A stretch of 64,000 bases of DNA, taken from assembly GCF_018350175.1 (NCBI RefSeq), contig NC_058377.1, forward strand, positions 61,504,001 through 61,568,000. Reading direction: 5' to 3'. Numbering within the stretch: the first letter of the stretch is position 1; the number at the start of each line of letters is the position of its first letter. Shown one piece after another: positions 12,812 through 25,545 of this stretch. A program made the translations under genes and the position numbers. The stretch is from Felis catus (lineage: Eukaryota). The notes under the pieces are model-generated. The model saw only the letters and a list, made by a program, of their open reading frames with translations, was not told the DNA's origin and did no database searches.

Positions 12812-13250
12812 AGATTTGTTTTTTAGTTGTCTATGTGTTTATTTTGAGAGTGAGAGAAAGGGAGAGAGAATCCAAGCAGGCTCTGTGCTGTCAGCACAGA
12901 ACCTGATGCAGGGTTCAAAGTCATGAACTGTGAGATCATGACCTGAGTTGAAATGAAGGGTCAGAAGATTAACCGATTGAGCCACAAAAGAGCCCCTGTA
13001 GTTTGATTTTAAATTGCTGAATCAATAAATAAGCAACAGAGCTGTACTGATGTGGGGGTTCCTCAGTGGCTCAGTTGGTTGAGTCTGACCCTTGTCAGCT
13101 CAGGTTGTGATCGCATGGGTTCTTGGAATCGAACCCTACCTCAGTACTGTCAGTGTGGCACCAACTTAAGATACTCTCTCTCCCTCTCTCTCCATCTCGC
13201 TTTCTCTCTCTAAAAATAAATAAATAACATTTAATTAAATAAGAAAGAAA
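12812..13250. mobile_element. Two head-to-head Can-SINEs (12812-12996 minus, 13053-13250 plus)
   Basis: SINE heads facing away from each other about 55 bp apart. Confidence 0.8.
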
Positions 13251-13628
13251 GAAATGTCTTGATGTGTAAAATGGAACACTTCACTTCTCATGATTTTTTT
13301 ACCTGTAAATTCCTGAATGACTCTGGAGATGGACTGAAATTTTTGTATTATTATCTCATTGCATCCATAAGTGTTTGGTTTTTATTATTTACATGTTTGT
13401 TTGTTTGTTTTGACACAGCATGGTTTCAACACAGTTTCTCAAAAAACATTTTTTAGTTGACTAAGAAGTTTCAAGACAGATCAACAACTTGTTTTCACTG
13501 AGTACCTGGACACTATAGACAAATGGTTTTGGATGCATTTAAATTCAGTGATTGATGCATATATGTGAATCTCTGGAAAATAATTCTTAGAGGAGGAGGC
13601 TCAACCAGGGACTAAAAAATAAAACAGA

Positions 13629-13868
13629 AGGGTGCCTGAGGGGCTCAGTCAGTTGAGCGCCCTACTCTTGGTTTCTGCTCATGTAACAATCCAATGGTTT
13701 GTGAGTTTGAGCCCCACATTGGGCTCTTCACTGACAGCAAAGAGCCTACTTGGGACTCTGTCTCTCCCTCTGTCTCTGTGACCCTCTTCCACTCTCTCTC
13801 TTTCTCTCAAAAGGAATAAGTAAGCTTTATGAATGAATGAATGAATGAATGAATGAATGAAATGATGA
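13629..13868 (+). mobile_element. Can-SINE followed by (ATGA)n
   Basis: Head gggtgcctgaggggctcagtc; tetranucleotide tail. Confidence 0.85.
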
Positions 13869-14122
13869 AAACAATGTATGTTCACTAATTTGTTCTTATG
13901 TTCCTTGTTCTCATTACCCAGTAGCATCCAAAAGCACACTGACTGATATTTGTCATGGGGTATGATGAGGTGAAACCCATAAAATGCCGACAAATTTAAC
14001 AAAATAAATATGTGAAACTGAAGCATTGCAGATAATGTGGCCTTTTAACTATTATATTTAATTTTGAGAGATTGTTACTATTGCATAATGGGGAAGGCTG
14101 AAGATGTTAATCACAGTGCATT

Positions 14123-15061
14123 TTATGAAGAGAACATCTTTACCACATGAATGCGGATCTGCTTGGTCTTGGCACCATAGACAAGTGGATTGAGAAATGG
14201 GGGGACCAGCAAGTAGAGGCTAGAAAAGAGGATGTGGATATAAGGGGGAACATGAGCACCAAACCTATGTGTGAAGAAGGAGAAGAAGGCAAGGAGGTAG
14301 AACTGGAGGAAGACACAGATGTGAGCGATGCACGTATTGAATGCTTTCAACCGAGCCTCCTTCTGGGGCAAACGAAAAACTGTGAAAAAGATCTGTGCAT
14401 AAGACAAAGTGATGAATGTGAGGTCGAACCCTGCAACAGTGAATGCCACAAACAAGCCATAGATTTTGTTGACCCGCACATCTGATGCAGCCAGTTTCAC
14501 AATGGCCATATGCTCACAGTAGCAGTGGGAGATGATGGTTGTATGGTAAAACTGAAACCGGAACTTTATCAGTACTAAAGATGGGGCTACAAGAAGGGCA
14601 GCCCTGAGTGTTACCACAGCTGCTATTTGGGTGACTAGGTGGTGGGTGAAGATGGCAGCATGTCTTAGTGGATAACAGATGGCCACATAACGGTCCAGAG
14701 CCATGGCCAACAGGATGCCTGACTCTATGCCTTGAAATGTGTGGATGAGCCCCATTTGAAGCAAACAGGAATCAAAATAAATGTCTGCCACATGAAACCA
14801 GAAGATTCCAAGCATCTTGGGCACAATGCTCGTGCCAAGTACAATATCTGTGACTCCCAGCATGCCTAGAAAAATGTACATGGGCTCATGGAGGCTGCGC
14901 TCTGACCTGATGATGATCAGAAGCAAGAAATTTCCAATGATAGCAATGAGATACATGACACAGAATGGAATCCCAATCCAGCACTGCACTGTCTCTAAGC
15001 CTGGGATCCCTATCAGTGTCAACACAGAAGGCATGAAGACTGTGATGTTGGAAACGGACAT
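14123..15061 (-). CDS. OR52A1: Class I olfactory receptor, OR52A1-like (copy 1), 312 aa
   Basis: Intact ORF MSVSNITVFMPSVLTL...MALDRYVAICYPLRH...PPFLNPLVYGAKTKQIRIHVVKMFSS; matches human OR52A1 as recalled. Confidence 0.93.
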   Translation of the reverse strand: MSVSNITVFMPSVLTLIGIPGLETVQCWIGIPFCVMYLIAIIGNFLLLIIIRSERSLHEPMYIFLGMLGVTDIVLGTSIVPKMLGIFWFHVADIYFDSCLLQMGLIHTFQGIESGILLAMALDRYVAICYPLRHAAIFTHHLVTQIAAVVTLRAALLVAPSLVLIKFRFQFYHTTIISHCYCEHMAIVKLAASDVRVNKIYGLFVAFTVAGFDLTFITLSYAQIFFTVFRLPQKEARLKAFNTCIAHICVFLQFYLLAFFSFFTHRFGAHVPPYIHILFSSLYLLVPPFLNPLVYGAKTKQIRIHVVKMFSS

Positions 15062-16819
15062 AATGTCCTCCGGCCTCCAGATGAAAATGAAAGAAGGTTT
15101 TCAGTCAGTGGCACTCTTCTCTTCTACTCCTGTTTTTATCCTGTCATCATAGCAAGTATCTCTGATTTTGGCAGAAAACCTTAAGATCATATCATCCATC
15201 TCATTTACATTATTGAAGGGGAAAGATAGATCCATAGATACACATTACTGCGTTCAGGAAGGACATCCACGAGTAGTGTAGCACAATAAGAAGTTATGTA
15301 GAAGGCAAGCCAACTGCATTAGATCCCTCAGATCGTCTGCATAAGGGAATTGACTGCTGATCTGTTTGTTATTTCCTTCTGGGCCTGTGGACAAAAGAAT
15401 TATACCTGTTTAATTTGCTTATAAATGGCATTTCAATCAGAGTTTGATGAATCTCTCCCTATTCCGTGTCCCAGCTACTCAAAGTACTATTATTTTCTGT
15501 TGTCTCTAGGTCTGTAACTGTCAGTGTGAACCAGAAAATCTCTGACCAGTACATTCATATTAAAGCTCCCTATTAAAGAACAGAGAGGAACAGCTGAAAT
15601 CCTAGTGTGAAATATATATAGATATCTATATCTGTCTATAGTTTCTGTGTCTATGTAAGAGTGCATGTCCTTTCAAAAGGATGTGAAGGAAGAGCTTTGG
15701 AAAAGATGATCTAATTCAATGTACTTTGGTGAGTTCTGGGTCAAAGTTCCATGCAAGTTTTACATTTCTAATAAGACTGCATTATGTTTTGTCTGTATTA
15801 TTAACAACTGAAATCCTGGAAATTAGTTGTGTGCTTAAAATAACTGCCATTCTCTAATACACATCACTGAATACCTAGAAGTGAGGAATCCGTAGGAGGC
15901 AAGAGGACTCATTCTTGCTGACTACAGAAGATAGGAAAATGGTAAATGGGTAACTTGGAAGAATAGATACCAGTTTCCTGGGTCTAATAGTTCAGAACTC
16001 CCATTAGCATGAGATTTGACCCATAGCTTCATTCATTCTTAATGTATGTCATGTAATGTATGTAATGTAATATAGACCATATGAATGACCATATCACTTT
16101 GGGAGCTCAGACATAGGAAATGTATATAAAATAAAGCGGTGAAAGATAGGTTCCTTAAAAGTGGTCAAATAAAGAAGTAGAAATGCAAGACAAAGAGAAA
16201 ACCTTGGAATACCACAAATGATTCAAGACAAGGCTGTAGATTAATTGAGAAACACTTAGTCACCTCTCAATTTACTAATGACTGTCTGAAACCATGGGGT
16301 CTTTGTCCTTACATAAAGTAATTATTGGATCAAAACCATTGTTTTTTTTAAAAATTCAATATCTTGAATCAAGACATTCTCAAGATAAAACAAACAAATT
16401 GTTATATTGTAAAAAAAAAATAGGATTCAGTTATTTCATTCTTTCCTAGACACCTCCACCTCTGGTGCCTTATGTCAGCAAGCTCAAGGTCTCTAATCAC
16501 ATACTTACTGTCACCAACTATGCCAGTAATGCAGGAAGAGTTGTGATTTACATGGCTAACCCTAAAATGTTGTAACCCAGTCAACAGGGGCCATTCTATG
16601 AAGAAAGTCTGTGTCGGCTGATATATATTTAGAATAGACTAATCAACTAAGTCCTTGATTTCCAAAGCTTTGCTCCCCAATGCTTAATTCTACAGATTCC
16701 TAGATCATGGATACTTTCATTAACTTTTTCATCCTAGACTTACTCAGAATCAGAATAGAAATCATTTAGTAACAATCACATTGTCTGACACATTCAAGAG
16801 TAGGGAGCTGACATGGGAG

Positions 16820-17620
16820 CATTACCTGACAGGTACAGATGGTGGGGGTGGGAAGGCAGGTGGGAGAGGACTTAAGTTAGTACAGGGCAGGAGGGATGAG
16901 GTGGCTATCATTGGAAAAGCTGGAAGTGAAACATTGTGGGGTGAACTTGGGGATAATGAGACTTCCTCACCCTTTGTTGTTGGGAGCCAATTCTGCTCTT
17001 ACCAGACACCTGAAGATCATGGCCAGTCTTCATAGCACCATCACTCATTGTTTACCTCCTCTCTCTTCCTCCTCCTAAGATTCTGGTCTCATTTACTTGC
17101 ATCTTGTGATGGGCAATGCCTCTTTCTTCCATCTTCACCCTCTGTAACAGCTCTCTTCAACGTCATGAACTCTGATCTATTTGCTGCTGGGGCCATCTGC
17201 CAATCTGTAGAGATCTGTGGGATAGTCTTTCCTGCTTTCTTCTGTCCCTGCAAAACAGGCATGCTCCCTATTCTGTAAATTTGTTTGAGATCATGTCGGT
17301 GTGTTCATCTCCAACAAAATTTGCAGCAAGGTCTGTGCTATTCTGAGACACAGCATAAATTTATTGAGGACAAATTGTAGGAGAAAGAAGCTGGCCTCCA
17401 ATTGTAATGTTCCCCAGTGAATGTTAGGGAGCAGGAGGACTGAACATGGACTGAGATTTCCTAGCCACAAGCCCAAGCCACCAGGGATCCAGCAGCTCAT
17501 AATAAAGCCCTCCTGGGTCTATCCACACCTAATGTCTCTGAAATCATTTCTACATTGGCAGAACCTCCTTGTTCTCTTCTGTTTTCTCCTCAAAGGAAAT
17601 GCAGAAAAATTAATATATAT
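16820..17620 (-). promoter_or_regulatory. Putative OR52A1 promoter and long non-coding exon 1 (paralogues at 51848-52620 and 59423-60225)
   Basis: Three-copy block ending in conserved CAG|GTAATG, with O/E-like and TAAT motifs at the distal end. Confidence 0.45.
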
Positions 17621-17869
17621 ACATTATATCTTATGAGTTCAGTTTCTTTCCCTCTGTCCTCATTATGAGAATAAGTAAAGAACACTTAAAGGTAGACATG
17701 ATTCTATGCCATGAGTTAAATAAATATCCTTGTGACTCTTCTTTCACTGAGTCTCAAAAGAGAAAATGGTTTATATAATTGCCTGAGGCCCTTTAAATTT
17801 CATGTTAAATGGATTTTATTTTTCAGTTATGAGACCACTTGTGATATGATTGACTAAAAATGAGTTTCC

Positions 17870-18120
17870 AGGAGTGCCTGGGTGGCTCAGTCAGTTAAGT
17901 GTCTGACTTTGGCTCAGGTCACTATCTCACAGTTTGTGGGTTCAAGCCCCATACTTGGTTTGTGCTGACAGTGTGGAGCCTGCCTCAGATTTTCTGTCTC
18001 CCTGTTTCTTTGCCCCTCCCCCACTCATGTGCGCGCGCGCGCGCGCGCGCGCGTGCGCGCGCGCGCGCGCACACACACACTTTCTCAAAAATAAACATTA
18101 AAAAATAAATAAAATCTTTT
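17870..18120 (+). mobile_element. Can-SINE containing a (CG)n(CA)n tract
   Basis: Head aggagtgcctgggtggctcag; A-rich tail. Confidence 0.9.
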
Positions 18121-19360
18121 TAAAAACGAGTTTTGAGTAGGACTGTCTAGTTTTGAAACCAGATTCTACCATGATTTAACTCTGTACTGGAGGCATTCTA
18201 GTAGACTTCTCTATGTTTCTGTTTCCATATCTCTACCTTCATACATTTGTTCTATGGATTAAGACATCTTAGTCCATATAAATTACTTAATGTGGTACAC
18301 TATATACAGCTGTTGTGAAATAAATGCATGGCTTTAATTATGGATGCTTTTGAAGTTAGAATTAGGATACAAGGCTATTACTACCAGGCATTATAAATTT
18401 TTTCTGGGTTAATAAAATATTTCTTTAAGTTATTTGAGTTTGGAACACCTCTTCCTATATTTGTTCTTCCAGTTGGAGAATATATAAATAATGCTATGGT
18501 AAAAAATTAATGCTTATATATTATGTAAGTTTTGGTTAAAAATTTAATGTGTATTTATTCTCTCATACCTTCATTCAATATACATTTATCATTAAATGTG
18601 TTATCCAGGTCATTAGCACAGGTAAATCAGATGTGATCTATATGGAAGAAGCAGTTGCATAAAGAAAAATTGGAAGGGGAAGCTAATGTGATATATGCTG
18701 TGAAAAGTTTAGAAGGGTTATAGGAAAAAAAAGAGAAATGGCCAATGTTCCTTAGTTAAAGAAACTCCTAACTAAATTCTAAAATCTGAATAGCAGTCAG
18801 GCTAGCAAAACTGTATATGTTTGCATATAGAATAGAAGAAACAGATGCATTGAGCAGTTTGTTTTCTGGAAAAAATGCAAGCAATTCAGAGCATCTTGAA
18901 AAAAATATTACATAATATATGGAGATATATCTGTTTTCAAATTTAGAAAGCTAATTGTCATAATTTTCATAAGTGAGATGTATAAATAAATACCAATAAG
19001 TGAATGATGAAAAATATCATTCATTTCTCATGAGATTTCATGAAAGATTAAATTGGGAATAAGTACTGATATAAAAGAGAGATCGTATTTCAGAATTATT
19101 TACTAGATAATCACTAGGATTGGTGATGGAGTAGGCATACAGTGGAGCCCAACATCAGAAGCAATGATTATATTTCTGGAATGGACAAGTAAATGAGTGT
19201 TGCATCCTTTACTGAATTAAGAATACTTTCAAGAAAAGAGCTTTCTAAAAAGCTTTATATTGATATCATTCAAAGTGTACAGAATTGTGCAAGAATAGTC
19301 CAGATTCAGAAATTGTCTCTATTTTCCACATTTTGCTTTATTATTTGGTAGCTACATAGG

Positions 19361-19368
19361 TGATAGAT

Positions 19369-19406
<38 letters not shown>

Positions 19407-19431
19407 GAATAGATAGATACATAGATAGATA
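19361..19431. repeat. (GATA)n microsatellite
   Basis: Read directly from the sequence. Confidence 0.95.
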
Positions 19432-20049
19432 ATCTTTTTCTGCACTATTTATGAGTACTTTGAAGACATGGTTGCTCCTAAGTAATTCTGTTTCTTGACC
19501 AAGGACATAGATATTCTATTGCATTAACTATACTATAACCAAGATCAGAGCACCTAATATTGCAATAAAACTATCACCAAATGTACTTGCCATATTCACA
19601 TGTAGACAATAATCCAAAGAATGACTTCTCCTAGGTATATTTTTTATTCCCCAGAATCCAATCCAGAATCTCACACTGCATTTCATATTGATGTCTCTTC
19701 AGAATCCTTTGATGTACAACAGGTCATTAGCAGATCTTTTCCTTCTTTCTGATTGTTTTATTTCATATCTGAGCACTTACTTAGCTAACATTTTAAAAAT
19801 CGTTTATTGAATTCTAACATACGCACAAAAATCATATGTTGTCCAGCTTAAATAACTGTCACAAGGTAGATGTAAATCAGTAAGCCCCCCATTGAGGAGT
19901 ACCACATTACTTGCATCCTAGAATGAACCACCTTTCCCCTGTGCTCCTTAACACTCTCCATCGCAGTCGTCATTTCTTCAAGGGAAATGACTATCCTAAC
20001 TTCTTTTCTTACTGTGGCTTAAAAACAAAAATAAAATGTCAACCCATGT

Positions 20050-20930
20050 TTGTAGCTTATCTAATTTGTTGGCCTGTCATTTTTGATCAGGGTCTCTTAT
20101 GATTTTTTGTATTTATGTGATCTCAGTTGTAATGTCTCCTCTTTTACTTATGATTTACTTCTATCAGTCTTCTATCGCTCTTCAGGATTAAAGGTTTGTC
20201 AACTTTTCTAATCTCTTCAAAATAAACAACTTCTTATTTTTGTAATTTTTTTCCTATTGTTTTTCTATTCTCCACTATGTTTACTTTTGCTGTAATCTTA
20301 TTTCACTTCTACTAATTTTGGTTCACTTTGTTCTTCTCCTGCTATCTGGGTGCAAAGTTAGATCATTTATTTGAGGTCTTTTATCTTTTCAATGCAGACA
20401 TTTATTCCTATAAACTTCGGTCTTAGTGCTACTTTTATTGTGTCCCCTAGGCTTTAGTTTGTTGTGTTTTAATTTCATTTGTCTCAAGAGATTTTCTACT
20501 TACCATTCTGGTTTCTTCTTTAAGCCATTACCCATCAGTTAGTTGTTCAAGACTGTGTTATTTAATTTATACATATTTATGAATATTCTGGTTGGCCTTC
20601 TGCTATTGATCTCTACTTTCATTATATGGTAATCAGAAAAGATACACTCATTATTATTGAATCTTCTTTAATATTTAAGACTTTCTCTGTGATCATACAT
20701 GTAATCTATCCTGGGAAATGTTTCTTGTGTGCTAAGGGAAAATGTGTATTGATGCCATTGGGGGAAATAGTCTGTATGTGCATGTTAGGTCTATTTGGTC
20801 AATAGTGTTCAAGTCCTCAGTCGCTAATTGATCTTCTGTCTGGATGCTCTCATACTACTTTCATGTTGCTGTCTTTTTTCCCCTTAAGCTGTATTAACAT
20901 TTGCTTCACCTACTTGGGTGCTCTGGTATT
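20050..20930 (-). mobile_element. Old L1 ORF2 endonuclease-region fragment
   Basis: Degenerate similarity to the 33590-34450 part of the long L1. Confidence 0.65.
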
Positions 20931-21247
20931 GAAAAAGAGACATAGCCAGGAGCACATAGCTACGTGCTGGTTTGGCTATTGAAGAATATTGATGTGTGAC
21001 ATGGTCCTTGGATGTTACCAGGAATCAAGATTTGTCTTTCTCACATTTTATTTCTATGTAAGTCTAAGTGTTGCCAGACAGGAATTTCTAGGCTTAAACA
21101 GAACAAAAACAAAAGAAAAATGAAAACAATTTGAAATCTCAGCCCAAGAGAACTTTGTTCTATATGTGAGTGGCAAACCAAAGTTCCCAGGTATTTCATG
21201 AGTTTTTAAATGCCTCCTGCAGTTGTGAGCATCTGAGATTTAGACAT

Positions 21248-21259
21248 TTTTTTAAAGAT

Positions 21260-21294
<35 letters not shown>

Positions 21295-21315
21295 TTTTGA
21301 GAGAGAGAGAGCATG
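21248..21315 (-). repeat. Isolated SINE tail: (TTTA)n plus (GA)n
   Basis: tttttaaagatttatttattt...ttttgagagagagagagcatg with no SINE body. Confidence 0.75.
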
Positions 21316-21364
21316 TTGTTACTTTGAATCAACCTAAAATATCTGTAACAGGAGCCACTAATGA

Positions 21365-22312
21365 TTAAGGTTTTTTAGGAAGAAACATTTTCAGGACATG
21401 GTCACGAATTTGTTTGGTCTTCACACCATAGACAATGGGGTTGAGAAAAGGTGGGACTAACAGGTAAAGGTTTGATAGGAGGATATGAACATATGGTGGT
21501 ATGTGAGAACCAAACCGATGTGTGAAGAAAGAGAAGAAAGCAAGGAGGTAGAACTGGAGGAAGACACAGATGTGGGCAATGCAGGTATTAAAGGCCTTGA
21601 ATCGTGCCTCCTTCTGGGGCAATTGAAACACAGTGAGAAAGATTTGAACATAAGACAAGGTGATGAAGATTATGTCAAAACCTAAGATACTGAAGGCAAC
21701 AAATAGACCATATATCTTGTTGATCCGGACGTCTTCAATAGCTAGCTTCACAACGGCCATGTGCTCACAGTAAGAGTGAGAGATGACCGTAGTTCGGTAG
21801 AGTTTCAGACGACATTTGATGAGCATAATGGATGGTACTGTAAGAATGGCAGCCCGGAGTGTCACCCCAACTCCAATGTGAGTCAAGAGTTGCTGGGAGA
21901 AGATGGTGGTGTGTCTCAAGGGGTCACAGATGGCCACATAGCGATCTAGGGCCATTGCCAGTAGGATGCCTGATTCGATTGCCTGGAACGAATGGATAAG
22001 CCACATTTGTAGCAGGCAAGCTGCAAAGGAAATCTCTGGCAAATGAAACCAGAAGATGCCTAACATTTTGGGAAGAATACAGGTGCTAAGTGCAATGTCT
22101 GTGGCCCCCAGCATGGCCAAAAATATGTACATGGGCTTATGGAGGCTGCGTTCATATCTGATGATACCCAAGATTAGGGAATTCCCAGTCACAGCGATGA
22201 CATACATGACACAGAATGGAATCCCAATCCAGCACTGGACTGACTGTAGTCCAGGAATCCCAATGAGTGTTAGTACAGAGGGTACAAAGACTGAGCCATT
22301 GAGGAGGAGCAT
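21365..22312 (-). CDS. OR52A5: Class I olfactory receptor, OR52A5-like (copy 2), 315 aa
   Basis: Intact ORF, identical to copy 1 except M10V, IG>TV, Q>R and the C-terminal tail. Confidence 0.93.
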   Translation of the reverse strand: MLLLNGSVFVPSVLTLIGIPGLQSVQCWIGIPFCVMYVIAVTGNSLILGIIRYERSLHKPMYIFLAMLGATDIALSTCILPKMLGIFWFHLPEISFAACLLQMWLIHSFQAIESGILLAMALDRYVAICDPLRHTTIFSQQLLTHIGVGVTLRAAILTVPSIMLIKCRLKLYRTTVISHSYCEHMAVVKLAIEDVRINKIYGLFVAFSILGFDIIFITLSYVQIFLTVFQLPQKEARFKAFNTCIAHICVFLQFYLLAFFSFFTHRFGSHIPPYVHILLSNLYLLVPPFLNPIVYGVKTKQIRDHVLKMFLPKKP

Positions 22313-22469
22313 GATGATTTGGTCAGCAGAATCAAGTAGTGGTTTTGCTCTTTTATCTTCTATACCCTGTCAAGACGACATGAATTAAAAATGAGAAGAA
22401 ATTATGTTTTTTTTTTAGCAAAGTATATTTAGTTAGATAAAACATACACGATCTTCTCTTTCCTTTAGT

Positions 22470-23132
22470 ATTGAAATACTGTTACATCAAACATTTTCTA
22501 AGCTTACTTGCATACCATGCTGATTTGATACATTCACATATTGCAATATGAGTGCCATTGTAGTGTTAGCTAATACTCTAAAATGCCACATAATTATGTT
22601 TTCTTTTCTGTGATGGGAATAATTGAAGATCTGGTCTTTTAACAAGTTTGATGTTTTCATATAATATTTTTGTTTATACTTACTATACTGTATATTAGAT
22701 TGCTAGGAAGACTTATTTATCTACTAAAAACTATGTCCTCTATTTCCTCAGCCTCAGCCCCTAGTACCCACAATTATATCTGTTTTTATCAAGTTTATCT
22801 GTTTTTATGAGTTTGGCTTTTTGTCCTTGTTGCAGGGGAGTTGATACACAATATTACTTTAGTTTCAGAAATGCAACATAGTAATTCAACAAGTCTGTAC
22901 ACTATGCTGTGCTCACTACTAGTATAGCTATGGCATGTCACTGTACATGTTATTACAAACCATTGACTATATTCCCCATGCTGTACTTTTTATCCACATA
23001 GCTTATTCATCCCATCATTGCAAGCCTCTGTCTCCCATTCTTCTTCACCAATTCGGCCACCCTGCAATCCCTGCCCCTCTGGCAACCACCAGTTTATTCT
23101 GTATTTTTGGATCTGTTTCTATTTTTATTTGT

Positions 23133-23163
<31 letters not shown>

Positions 23164-23726
23164 AGATTCCATATATGTTAAACCATATGGAGTTGGCTTT
23201 TTTTTTAAGATTCCACTTACATATAAGTGATAACATGCAGTATTTTTCTTTTTCTCTTTAACTAATCTCACCACAATGTACTCAAAGGCCATTATTACTG
23301 TTGCAAATGAAAGAATTTCCTTCTTTCTCATGGCTAAATAAACAATCAGAAACATGTAAATCAAAGCCACAATGAGATATCACTTCACTCCTGTTAGAAG
23401 ACTTGAAATCAATAAGTCAAGAGATAATAAGGATTGGGGGATTTGGCGGAAAGGGTAACACTGCCCATTGATGGGGGGAATGTACACACTATGGAAAGAA
23501 ATATGAAGGTTCAACAAAAAATTTGAAAAAATGATCTACATATAATCCAGCAATTCGACTTCTGGGCATATATTCAAAGGAGAGGAAAACAGAATATTGA
23601 AGAGATACCTGTAATCCCATGTTTATTGCAGCTTTATGCATAACAGCCAAAATAGGGAAACAACCTTAGTCCTCATTTACATATGAATGGATAAAAATGT
23701 GGGATATAAGTGCAATGGACTATTAC
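22470..23726. mobile_element. Old L1 3' fragment with 5' inversion (copy 2), with a nested L1 3' piece at ~22840-23190
   Basis: Paralogous to 3815-4655; inversion junction at ~23341. Confidence 0.7.
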
Positions 23727-23885
23727 CCCCATCTTATTGTTTCTTTTCAACTACTCCTTTCAAGTTTTCTCTTTTCATAAAGTCATTGTAAGAACAACCA
23801 TCAAGTTCTATGTTTCCACATGCCTTAATCATTTAGAGTGAGAAAAATTAAATGAATCAGATGGCTGCTCTCTGGTTCCTCAGTA

Positions 23886-24104
23886 TTTTATTTTATTTTT
23901 TAAGTTTATTTATTTATTTTAAGAGAAACCGAGACAGTGAGAGTGGGGGAGGGGCAGAAAACGAGGGAGACAGAGAATTCCAAGCAGGCTTCCTGTTGCC
24001 GACACAGAGCCTTACATGGGGCTTGAACTCATGAAACTGTGAGATCATAACCTGAGCTGAAACCAAGAGTCAGACGTTGGACTGACTGAGTCACTCAGGC
24101 ATCC
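23886..24104 (-). mobile_element. Can-SINE
   Basis: Reverse SINE; TSD approximately ttcct.agta. Confidence 0.85.
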
Positions 24105-25317
24105 CTATTCCTAAGTACTGAGAATAATGTAGACCATCTATATACTTAGACAATTTCTAATCATGTAGGATTGCCTAGAACACACCTCAGGTCAATTACA
24201 GGAGTATTTATTGCCTCATTTTCTCCAAATTTATTCAACTCCAAGAGAGTCTTTCCTTTTAGGTATCCTTTGTTCACAAATTCTTCCTTTCAACAAACAT
24301 ACAGTATGCCAAACTAGATCTTTCTCATCTTCACAAATAACATTATGACCCACAAATCAGAAGTTTGTATTCTAATAATTTTCTTCAGTAAATACTCAAT
24401 GCTTGAGTATTTACTATGTTCCAAGGATTTCTTGAAACAATTGGAGAATAAAATATATCTATTCAATTTTTTGAAGCATCTAAATTATGCTAAGTCTTGA
24501 AATTCAAAGTTGCTATTCACCATTTGTTAAATAAGTACTACAGCATTCATCCTCATGAAATCTTTAGACATTTTAGGATATTTTATCTTCCTTAAATTTT
24601 ATACCCACATTATTAACCAATATCATATTAATGAAAAACTAAGACTTATTGTTACAGGTAAATCTGCTTGGATCCAAATTCCATGACATACAAACCTAGG
24701 AAGAACAAAAAATAATTTGTGTCTTCTGAGATTTTATAATTAAACCTCAGTAAGGATTTGGGATATACAACAGTGTGAAACTACGTGAGGCTGGGTGGTA
24801 CAAATATATAAAACAAATTTTAATCAGTAGTGCTTGTTTAGAATCTTATGGAAAAAACTCTAATATTCCTTTTTCATTTTTACCAAAAAAGTACTATACA
24901 CACATTACATACACGTTACCATCTGGTGCACGTCTGATACAAAACCACATATCCATGCCATGTCATCCGTATACTGGATAACGCTCTCTGTGACTTGACT
25001 CAAAAGTGTGTGCTACTGCCTTTATCTGGAATTTTCATTGGGGAGATTTAAATGGCCACGTGGGTCAGAGTTGCCCTAGAGAATCTGTAAAAGATGCTGT
25101 GCAAACTGAAGCTCATCAGAAATATATATTGTGAATAACCAGAGGAAAGAGAGTAAAAAAGAGAGGAAAGAGAAATGTAAACAAAGTCGTGGGTAAATAA
25201 AATAGGAGACCATGCCTAAGGTCTCAAACACCACACATCTTATAAAGAAAGTAGTTACCTTCCTTCCTGATAGTTTTACATTTCCAACTTCACGAGGCCA
25301 ACTGGATATTCTTCTAA

Positions 25318-25545
25318 ACCAGGATTTTTCCTTCTCAGCACAACTGGCACTGTGGTGAGATAAATTTTGGGTTCTTCAGTAATTCTCTATATTGCAGGAG
25401 GGAGGTTCAGCAGCATCCCTGACTCCTGACCATTAGATTCCAGTTGTTCTCTTTTGTCATGACAATCAAAACCATCTCCTGCATTGCCAAATACCATCTG
25501 CATGTGCGGGGTGGGACACACCACACATGGTTGCTAACCATTGTT
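25318..25545. mobile_element. MER20-like hAT DNA transposon remnant (paralogue at 4730-4890, truncated)
   Basis: 'cagcagcatccctg...gtcatgacaatcaaaac...gcattgccaaat...ggttgctaaccattg'. Confidence 0.6.

Noticed and set aside
14147-15152. Antisense ORFs of 110-143 aa repeated over the OR genes
   Set aside because: Shadow ORFs of the OR coding strand; they recur only because the genes are duplicated.
17899-18108. ORF with an (AR)n repeat
   Set aside because: Translation of the (CG)n tract inside a SINE.
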